A DNA stretch of 64,000 nucleotides, taken from the human T2T-CHM13v2.0 reference genome, Homo sapiens. Both the position numbers and the translations under genes were made by a program. The notes beneath the pieces are model-generated. The model saw only the letters and a program-made list of their open reading frames with translations, was not told the origin of the DNA and made no database searches. Position 1 is the first letter of the stretch. Every line of letters begins with the position of its first letter. Positions 34,323 through 45,900 of this stretch are shown here, piece by piece. The stretch lies in assembly GCF_009914755.1 (NCBI RefSeq), contig NC_060928.1; one strand, given 5' to 3'.

Positions 34323-35066
34323 TGAAATGGGTGAGTGTCCTGACTCCCCTCACAGGACTTGCAACAGGGGCGTGGCTCATCTGTTCAGTGCGCTCAGACC
34401 CCTTACTGGAGGGGGAGAATGCAAATGGGCAGGTGGAGGAGCCAGAGTGAGCACTTTTGGGCTCTGGCCCCGTGGTAGTGTCTAGGAGTGGGTGCCTGTG
34501 ATGCCCGAAGTCCAAGTGGGTGTGTTACAGTGCTCTTTTAGCTTCACCATCAGCAGATGGATTAAGTGTTGACCAGCTCAGTGACCTCTTGGTACCCAGG
34601 TCTTTGGCATCCAGGAAGTACAAGGTCACACAGACAAATTGAAGGATGGCAAATGGGGGGGACTTTATTGGCAGATGGAGGTGGCCATGAGCAGGATGGA
34701 TGGGGAGCTGGAGAGGGAATGGAGTGGGAAGAGTATCTTCCCCTTGATTTCAGCCACCCTGCAGCATATCTCCTCTCCGAATGTCCCCAGCCCAACTCCT
34801 CTAGAGATTCAGACTCTCTTTCTCTTTTCTCCTTATCTGCTGCGCCACTGTTCTGCTCTTCTGCCTTTCTGCTCGTGGAATCTGGGGTTTGGGGTTTATA
34901 TGGGTACAGGATGGGGGGTGTGGTGGGCCAAAAGGCAACATTTTGGGGTGAAAAACAGGAATGCGTGCTCCCATTTAGGGCCATGGGTTTCCAAGCTTGA
35001 GAGTGGGGCCTTTGCCAGGAAACCACCCTCTTCTACTCAGTATTTCCCTGCCTCCTCTCTGTGTCA
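34323..35066 (-). mobile_element. LTR1-family (ERV1) solo LTR
   Basis: TG...CA termini, GC-rich; ends tatttccctgcctcctctctgtgtca (reverse complement of the LTR1 start); approximate 4-bp TSD (a/g)ttt. Confidence 0.8.
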
Positions 35067-35343
35067 GTTTCAATAATTGGGAAGATGGTAAATTCAACTA
35101 TTAAAAGAAGAAACCCTGATATTGCATTTAAAAATAAAATAAAGCTCAGTATAAGCCAAATTGACAGAAAGTTAAAAAATATAAATAAGAGAAGGCAAAG
35201 AAGACATACAAATCACCACCAAACATATGAAAAAATGCTGTACATCACTAATTAGGGAAATGCAAGTTAATACCACAATGAGATACCACCTTACTCCTGC
35301 AAGAATGGCCATTATTAAAAAGTTAAAAAACAATAGATGTTGA

Positions 35344-35710
<367 letters not shown>

Positions 35711-35917
35711 ACTACAACCTCTTTCTTAAAGAGCTAAAAGTAGATCTACCATTCAATCCAGCAATCCTTACTACTGGATATTTACCCAAAGGAAAGGATG
35801 TTATTAAATGAATAAGACACTTGCACACGTGTGTTTATAGCAGCACAATTCACAGTTGCAAAGATGTGAAAACATTCTAAGTGCCCCTAAACTAGTAAGT
35901 GAATAAAGAAAATGTGA

Positions 35918-36020
35918 TATATATACATGGTGTGTGTGTGTGTGTACATATATATATATATATATATATGTACACACACACACACACATAACATATATAT
36001 ATATATACACCATGGTGTGC

Positions 36021-36068
<48 letters not shown>
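35918..36068. repeat. Compound (TG)n/(TA)n/(CA)n microsatellite containing a 56-bp perfect palindrome
   Basis: 35931-35986 is self-complementary. Confidence 0.95.
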
Positions 36069-36071
<3 letters not shown>

Positions 36072-36489
36072 GTACTACTAAGCCATAAAAAATGAAATAA
36101 TGTCTTCTGCAGCAATGTGGATGGAGCTGGAGGCCATTATTCTAAGTGAAGTAACACAAGAGTGGAAAACCAAAAACCTTATGTTTTCACTTCTAAGTAG
36201 GAGCCAAGTCATGAGTACACAAAGGCATACAGGGTGATATAATGCACTTTGGGTACTCAAAAGAGGGAGGATGGGAGGGATGGGTCAGGGATTCAAAAGA
36301 ACTACACACATTATTGCTAATGTACACTGCTTGGGTGATGGGTGCACTAAAATCTCAGAATTAACCACCATTTAATTATTGTGTTATCTATGTAACCAAA
36401 AACCACCGTAGCCCCAAAAGCTGTTGAAATAAAAAAAATTAGAAAAAATAATTGCAAATAAATAATAACAACAAAAAAAAACTGCTATC

Positions 36490-36850
36490 TTAATGCTACA
36501 TTAGCCGAAAGAGAATTCAAGTAGGAAAGTATTTAAAGATACAGAGAAACATAATCTTTTATTAGAAAACTAATATTTCACCAAGTATTGTCAGTAAAAA
36601 AATATGAAAATTGACCTGGAACACCCAAAGGAAATAACAACCACACTATTTAAATTAAGAATGAATTTCAACAAGATGAACAAGAAGAGCAAATGTAAGA
36701 TTAGTGTACAAACACCCATAGATTTTCTATACATTGAAATATTCAAACAGAGAATAGAAAAATTAGATTCTGTTTATGTAACTAGAATATTAAGTACCCG
36801 TTAATAAATCTAACCAGAAATACGCAACACCTTTATACAAAGTTGACAAG
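36490..36850 (+). mobile_element. Old L1M ORF2 fragments
   Basis: ORF 36604 MKIDLEHPKE...NFNKM...KISVQ resembles L1 MIVYLENP...NFSKV...KINVQ. Confidence 0.55.
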
Positions 36851-37087
36851 ATATTGTAACAGACTAAGATGTAACAGACTAAGTGTAGTAGAGAGTGTTT
36901 TAGTTAAGGACCTTCTAGCCAATTTGGTCTAAAACGTTGGTGACTTTTATTATGGAGTCTAATATTTGGTCTAACTGCAGCATTCTGGAGCCTTGAATCC
37001 AGGCCATGTGCTGACCAGTGCTGTGGCTTTAGTGAAAATTACAGAAAAAATAGAATACTGGAAAATTATTTTAAAATAGAATATTAG

Positions 37088-38236
<1,149 letters not shown>

Positions 38237-38565
38237 ATAGAAATTGGTTATTTCTTGTCACTTCCAGCCAAGAAAGGAATAGCCAGTCTGAAATCAGAAA
38301 TCACACAGAATATATCTTTAATAAGAAAGGCACTCTGTCTTTAGCAACCTGAGTTGAATAAGAGTTCCATAATTTTGGAATTACAGTCGGAAATTTTATA
38401 TTATTCTGTCACTCAAGTTAAAGCTAACATTAGAATATCAGAAGTCTTGTCAGGATTTCAGATGAGGTTTTACCTGTTTTTTGTTCTGTTTTTGCTTTCT
38501 TTTTTGCCAAACTAAGGAAAATACTTTTTGGTAAAAGTCCTGTGTTCTCTTTTATTTTACGTTAG

Positions 38566-38650
38566 ATGACCCAAGCAGAAAACGTGTTTTAGATTTTACT
38601 GCTAAACACTAATTCTGGATCTCAAGTTTGATGAAGTCATTTGACAGGAT
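38566..38650 (+). other. Candidate 85-nt non-coding exon
   Basis: ttctcttttattttacgttag| ... gat|gtaagt; stop codons in all three frames. Confidence 0.3.
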
Positions 38651-38727
38651 GTAAGTGAATTGTTTTCATATAAGGGATATATACAGGAATAGGATATGCT
38701 TGGAGGTGAAGGCTATAATGGTTAGAT

Positions 38728-39065
38728 TATGGCAGGCACTATAGAATGACTGATGACTCCTAGTCTCAAGCTCTTTCCCTCTTTGCTTGCTTCAGTTATT
38801 AAGGATGGGAAAACTAATTCCTTGCTTTCTACAAGTTAGAGGCAACCACATGATATAATTCTTGTTAAAGTGATATAAGAGGAAGTCTGTGGGGGAAGCA
38901 TTTACTTTCTTGATGAAATATTAATAATAATAAAAGGATAGTCATAGCAAGGGTAGTTATTGTGCTTTCCCCAGACATACACTTTGAACTAAACATGATC
39001 CCTGATGCTGCAACATCATCTTGCAACTATGAGTAACTATATGGCAAGGCTTGCATTATAGAGCT
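38728..39065 (+). mobile_element. LTR33-like ERVL LTR fragment
   Basis: gttagaggcaaccacatgatataattc...gaggaagtctg; gatgctgcaacatcatcttgcaactatgag. Confidence 0.65.
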
Positions 39066-39124
39066 GGTCACAGCTGTGACCAGCCAAATTCAATCTACAT
39101 TATCTAATTCAATCTACATTATCT
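39063..39124. repeat. 22-bp perfect palindrome followed by a 19-bp tandem duplication
   Basis: gctggtcacagctgtgaccagc; aattcaatctacattatct twice. Confidence 0.95.
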
Positions 39125-39549
39125 AGAGTGAAACATCACATATCAGATCCACTAGATAGTTTGGTGTCTTCCTCTTCCCATTCATTTTTTCCAAATCCCC
39201 TCCAAATAATTTCAAGTTGCTTGTCCCTTTCTTATCCTTCACACCCACTTCCCTCTCAGCTTTTCTATCTAAACCTTTCACTTAGAATTCAAGTTTTAAG
39301 GTTATCCAGGCCCCTTTCAAGGTATTGAATAGATATATTCAATAATATTTTATATATATGCACATATTCAGTTAGATAATTAAATTTAGTTAAATACTAC
39401 ATATATGTGACTGAGTATAAATATTTGGTCCTATGTCTATAACTGAATATATATATATATACATGGTTAGATAAATAACATTTACTTACAAAAATAACAG
39501 AGGCTACTCCTCCTCTACCTTCATAAATGACTCCATCATTTAGCCACAA

Positions 39550-40757
39550 TGCCAAAAATATGGATATCAATTGAAACTACGTTTCTGGTCCTCTTACACA
39601 TATAGTTATTAACTCTTATCTATTCTAATTACAAAATATATCTCAAATTCATCCATTTATCTCTTTGCCTAGTCTCCCCACACTAGTTCAAACATTCGTT
39701 CTCACAATGAATACTTCTACAATTTCCTAACTAATCTTTCTGTCTTTACCTGTGTCTACTTGTAATCCATTGTCCATTCAACAGCTAGCGATTTTATGAA
39801 ATTACAATCTAAACGTGTCTGTATTTATAAATCTTCAGTAACTTTTAGTGGCTTTTATAACTTTTCAATAAGGTTTCCAAAACATAGGTTGGCTTTTGCT
39901 AACTTCTCCAGCCTTATTTTTGCCTCTCCCTAACTCTTCAATCCATAGCCATGTTATTTATCTTTCAGTTTCATAAAGATACATGTTATCTTTCACTTCT
40001 ATATTCATCTTATGTTGGGTACTCTGGAAACATACATTAAGATGAAGAGTTTCATGCCCATGTTTTACTGGGGAGTGTTCTAGGAGGAAACATCTGTAAG
40101 GGAGTGGGGCTCTCACAATTTGGGAACAGAGAGAAGCTGACCAGCAATGCAGTTGCATCTGAGGTATCTGCCAATCATATGGAGAGCTCTGGAGCTGGGA
40201 TAGCTCTTTAGATTGCCTCTAACTGGAGCAAGGAGTTTGGGCCTTTCCATCCCCACTTTAACCAGCAATTGGCTTTAAGCTGTTCCATGAAAGGCAGCAT
40301 GACCTTGGGCAAGGAGATATCTGGAGTGGACGGAAATTCTTAGTGAAGTATACAGACTTGAAACTTTAATAGTAGATAATTCTCTGCATCTCAAGAGGGT
40401 AGCAGAAACATTTACATATGTTTGCCCATGCTGTTTCCTTTAAGTAGAATATTCCCTCTCACTCACCACAATTTTCCAGCTAAGCTCTAGTCACCCTGCA
40501 GGTCTCAATACTATGTGATTTATTGTGCAGTGCCTTTGCTGACCCCTGATTCTTACTGAGGTTCCCTCTTAACATGCTTCATTAGCACAACACAAAACTT
40601 CCCAATCCTAGAACTTTTTAAACTGTATCAAGATTATGTATTTATTAAAACTCTATGGAAACAGAAATTTTCTTTCTCACCAAGTCTTCTCAGAGCCCAA
40701 AATATGACCTCATAATACTTGGCACAAAATGAATATTTGTTTGCTGAGTGCATGAAT
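39550..40757 (+). mobile_element. L2 3' region interrupted by an ERVL-class LTR
   Basis: ctattctaattacaaaatatatctcaaattcatcc; 3' end ttggcacaaaatgaatatttgtttgctgagtgcatgaat. Confidence 0.7.
40010..40410 (-). mobile_element. Old ERVL-class LTR (subfamily uncertain)
   Basis: catctgtaagggagtg...gagagctctggagctgggat...tgaccttgggcaagg. Confidence 0.65.
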
Positions 40758-40919
40758 TGCACATTTTTCCTATTTCATTAAGTTCTCTTTCTGTCTCCCT
40801 AAGACTCTTTCAAAATCAGGATAATAATGAGAGAGAGAAAATAGAGTAGGAAAAAATCTCAATTTAGTATATTTTCTAAAATTTTTCTCTAATCTCTATT
40901 TCTTATCCTGCTGGGGAAA

Positions 40920-41080
40920 AATTTACTAATCCCAGCTTGCACCAGATTTTGAATTTCATGTTGGTGGTATTTTAGCCAATGACACACTTGATTCAAATAC
41001 ATATAGATTATTTTGACTGCATTAATTCCATCATATAATCTCCTCAGCTGAGAAGAAAAATTAGTAAAGTCATAAATCAA
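40920..41080 (-). mobile_element. L3/CR1 reverse transcriptase relic
   Basis: Minus ORF RLYDGINAVKIIYMYLNQVCH resembles CR1 RLVDxGxAVDxxYLDFSKAFD. Confidence 0.5.
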
Positions 41081-41694
41081 TGATTTCCTCACTCTTTTAT
41101 ACATATATTATGAATATTAGTCAGATTACTATTTTCTTAATTATATAGAGTAATATAGGAAAGCACTTTGGGTGTCTAAGGCCCATGGTGAAATTAAGAT
41201 ACATTGTTATGAAATCGAAGACATTCTTATTTACACATGGATGATAGCATAAATGTTAGAAGCAAGGTTAAAAATGACTTAGACAAAAGCAGCTTAAGCA
41301 GAAATGGTGTTCTCTACCTAGGATAATATTCAGCTTATGTTAATTTCCTATGATTTATTACTAGGTAGATGTGTATCAACTATACCCAAAACCAGGAACA
41401 GTATTATGAACTTCACATGCTAATCTCTGGTTAATTTCCTGAAACGTTAACACCATATTTTACTGCCTACTCATGCCAATACACGTCAGAGCACCCAAAT
41501 ATGAAATATTTGCTCATTACATTTGATTTTGGAGAGATAAAATATTCATCAATTTAAATGATAATTAGTGACTTTCTGCAAATTACTTTTCCATTTACAC
41601 ATGATCTCTAAATTCAAGCATTGTGCGTTATATTTCCAATATTCAATTTTAGAGGACTCAATCCAAAGCAATGTTTTTTTAACCAACAAAAAAT

Positions 41695-41895
41695 TGTGAA
41701 CAATGCACTTGCTAATGGATTCCCAAGTACTATAAGAAAGCCTGGTTGAGCTCTGTGTGGATGTTGTGGCTCCCAGCATAGCATCAAAGAGCCCTATATA
41801 AAACTCCAAGCCTGTAATTCTTGTCAGCTTAACAAACTTCTAAGAATCATGCTCCAAAAAGGTGAATGAGCATTTTAAATTGTTCTTTGATTCTT
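41695..41895 (+). promoter_or_regulatory. Candidate TATA/Inr core promoter with TCF/LEF and SOX motifs and a short first exon
   Basis: TATATAAAA 41795-41803; TCAGCTT Inr-like with A at 41826; ATCAAAG 41783-41789; CTTTGAT near 41885; AACAAT near 41699; AAG|GTGAAT at 41861/41862. Confidence 0.35.
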
Positions 41896-42824
41896 TGCTT
41901 GTAAACATAACTTTTTAAATTCCCATGACACAATTTTAAAGTTGCTGAATATAGAATTGTTCAGAGTGCCTTAGTAACTTAGAACTTAATGCAATGAACT
42001 ACCTATAAAAAAATTATTTTACTTCTCTTATCTTGCCCCAAAGCAACCTGATTATAAAATTTCCACTTTCCCACTGTCCTTGGATAATAACATTATTAGC
42101 CATAACTACTTAGTTGGCTGTCCAAAAGAACATAGTATGAGTAATTTGGTAAATCTATAAGGCATTATATTACCAGCCCATTTTTCAAATGCAAAGTTAG
42201 GCATGACAGAATTAGTGAAATATAGAAGCACTTCAAGATTTCTTTAACCTGTAAAGATCATATGTTTTTGTAAGTTTATGTTCAGCCAGAGTTCATCCAT
42301 CTACTATTATAGTATACATTTCATCATTTTTTGTTGTTAATATTATTAATTTCTAAAAGTTATATATATCATTGCATTCACTTAGACTACTTATAATTAT
42401 ATATAGTCATGCATTGAAAAATTATGTAACATAAATATTCTGCAGGAAGACAAAGTCTAATAATAGATATTAAATCATAATAAAAGCTCTATTTGTAACA
42501 TTTGATTCATCAGATTTCTTTCTTTACTAACATTTACTGGCTCATACTATAATGTACGTTTGACTACATCAATTGTCAATGCCTACTAATAATTTTTTTA
42601 TTTAGATAATAAAAAATAGTAAAATAATTTCAGAAAAAATATTTACAGAGACATCTCATTTTAGGAACATTTTGATATAACCGCGAATGCTTGGGCTTCA
42701 ATGTGTAATAGATATGAAAATTCAATTAACAAGGCTATTGATTGAAACTTATACAACGCCGTTTATAACTATTTGGCTTTATAAAGAGGTTATTATTTTG
42801 AAAATTTACTCTTGAATTTGGTCA

Positions 42825-42862
42825 AATGTTAAAACACGGTATTTATGCCGTGTTTTAACATT
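42825..42862. repeat. 38-bp near-perfect palindrome with 15-bp perfect arms
   Basis: aatgttaaaacacgg tatttatg ccgtgttttaacatt. Confidence 0.95.
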
Positions 42863-42974
42863 GTTATAAATATCCTCAAACCTTTTCAAATCAATGGGAA
42901 GTTTAGGTAGGTAGAAACAAATATCTTACTAAAGTCCATATATCTTGAGTATATTATTTGTTGGTTTTTCTTTT

Positions 42975-45900
42975 TTTATCTTTTTTTTTATTTCCATAGT
43001 TTATTGGGGAGCAAGTGGTGTTACGTTACATGAGTAAGTCCTTTCGTGGTAATTTCTTAGATTTTGGTGCTCCCATCACCCAGGCAGCATACACTGCACC
43101 TTATTTGAAGTCTTTTATGCCTCAACCCCTTCCCACTCTTTCCCCCTGAATTCTCAAAGTCCCTTGTGTCATTCTTATACCTTTGCATTCTCACAGCTTA
43201 GCTCCCACTTATGAGTGAGAATATATGATATTTGGTTTTCCATTCCTGAGTTACTTCACTTAGAACAATTGTCTCCAATTTATCCAGGTCGGTGTGAATT
43301 CCATTAATTCATTCCTTGTTATGGCTGAGTAGTATTCCGTTGTATACATATATCACAGTTTCTTTATCCATTTGCTGATTGATGGGCATTTGGGTTCATT
43401 CCATGTTTCTGCAATTGTGAATTTTGCTGCTATAAACATGCGTGTGCAAATATCTTTTTCGTATAATGGCTTCTTTTCCTCTGGGTGGATACCCAGTAGT
43501 GGGATTGTGGGATCAAATGGTAGTTTTACTTTTAGTTCTTTAAGGAATCTCCATACTCTTTTCCATAGTGATAGTACTAGTTTACATCCCCACCAGCAGT
43601 GTAGAAGTGTTCCCTGTTCACCACAGCCACGCCAACGTGTACTATTTTTTTATTTTGGCCATTCTTGCAGGAGTAAGGTGGTATTGCATTGTGGTTTTGA
43701 TTTGCATTTTGCTGATTAATGGTGATGTTGAGCGTCTTTTGATATGTTTGTTGGCCATTTGTACATCGTCCTTTGAGAATTGTCTGTTCATGTCCTTAGC
43801 CCACTTTTTGATGGGATTGTTGTTTTTTTGTTGATTTGTTTGATTTCATTGTAGATTCTGGATATTAGTCCTTTGTCAGATGTATAGATTGTGAAGATTT
43901 TTTTCCCACTCAGTGGGTATCTGTTTACTCTGCTGACTGTTCCTTTTGCCATGCAAAAGCTCTTTGGTTTAAGTTCCAACAATTTATTTTTGTTTTTATT
44001 GCATTTGCTTGTGGGTTCTTGGTCATGAAATCCTTGCCTAAGCCAATGTCTAGAAGGGTTTTTCCAATGCTATCTTCTAGAATTCTTACAGATTCATGTC
44101 TTAGATTTCATTTCTTAATGCACCTGGAGTTTATTTTTGTATAAGGTAAGAGATGAGGATTCTGTTTCATTCTCCTACATGTGGGTAGCCAATTATCCCA
44201 CCATTTATTGAAAAGGGTGTCCTTACCCCACTTTACATTTTTGTTTGCTTTGTCAAAGATCAGTTGGCTGTCAGTATTTGGGTTTATTTCTGGGTTCTCC
44301 ATTCTGTTCCATTGGTCTATGTACCTATTTTTATACCAGTACCATGCTGTTTGGTGACTATGGCTTTATAGTATAGTTTGAAATCAGATAGTGTGATGTC
44401 TCCAGATTTCTTCTTTTTGTTTAGTCTTGCTTCGGCTATGCAGGATCTTTTTTTGGTTCCATATGAATTTTAGAATTGTTTGTTTTACTTCTGTGAAGAA
44501 TGATGGTGGTATTTTGATGGAAACTGCATTGAATTTGTAGATTGCTTTTGGCAGAATGATCATTTTCACAATATTAGTTCTACCCCTCCATGAGCATGGG
44601 ATGTGTTTCTATTTGTGTCACCTATGATTTCTTTCAGCAGTGGTTTGTAGTCTTCCTTGCAGAGGTCTTTCAACTCTTTGGTTAGGTATATTCCTGTTTT
44701 CTTTCTTTTTTTTTTTTTAGCTATTGTAAAAGGGCTTGAGTTCTTTATTTGATTCTCAGCTTGGAGCTACTGATTTGTGTACATTAATTTTGTGTCTGGA
44801 AACGTTGCTGAATTCTTTTGTCAGTTCTAGGAGCTTTCTGGAAGAATATTTAGGGTTTTCTAGGTAAACAATCATATCATCAGCACATAGCAACAGTTTC
44901 ACTTCTTCTTTACTGATTTTGATGCCTTTTATTTTTTTCTGTTGTCTGATTGCTCTGGCTAGGACTTCCAGTACTATGTTGAAAAGGAGTGGGAAGAGTG
45001 GGCATCTTTGTCTTGTTCCATTTCTCGGAGGGAATGTTTTCAACTTTTCCCCATTCAGTATTATGTTGGCTGTGGATCTGTGATAGTTGGCTTTTATTAT
45101 ATTGAAGTATGTCCCTTCTATGTTGATTTTGCTGAGAGTTTTAATCGTAAAGCAATGCTGGATTGTGTTGAATGCTTTTTCTTCATCCATTGAGATGATG
45201 ATGTAATTTTTGTTTTTAATTCTGTTTACATGGTGTATTACATTTATTGATTTTCATATGTTAAACTACCCCTGCATCCCTGGTATAAAACCCACTTGAT
45301 CATTGTGGATTATCTTTTTGATATGTTGATGGATTCGGCTAACTAGTATTTTGTTAAGGATTTTTGCCTCTATGTTCATCAGGGATGATGGTCTGTAGTT
45401 TTCTTTTTTGCATGTCCTTTCCTGATTTTGGTGTTAGGGTGATACTGGCTTCATAGAATGACTTAGGGAGGGTTCCCTCTTTCTCTATCTTCTGGAATAG
45501 TGTCAGTAAGACTGGTACCATTTATTTGAATGTCTGGTCGAATCCAGCTGTGAATTCATCTGATGCTGAAATTCTTTTTATTGGTGATTTTTGTATTTAC
45601 CATTTCAATCTCCCTGTTCCCTGTTCAAGGTATCTAGTTCTTCCTTATTTAAGCTAGGAGATTTGTATCTTTCCAGGAATTTATCCATCTCTTCTAGGTT
45701 TTCTAGTTTGTGCACATAAACGTGTTCATAATAGCCTTGAACAAACTTTTGTATTTCTGTGGTGTCAGTTGTAATATCTCCCGTTTCATTTCTTATTGAG
45801 CTTATTTGGATTTTCTCTCTTCTTTTCTTGGTTAATTTTACTAATGGCCTGTCAATTTTATTTATCTTTTGAAGGAATCAGCCTTTTGTTTCATTTATCT

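Noticed and set aside
34234-35076. Overlapping 140-150 aa ORFs on both strands
   Set aside because: They lie within a GC-rich LTR1-family solo LTR; fewer stop codons explain the length and no domain is recognisable.
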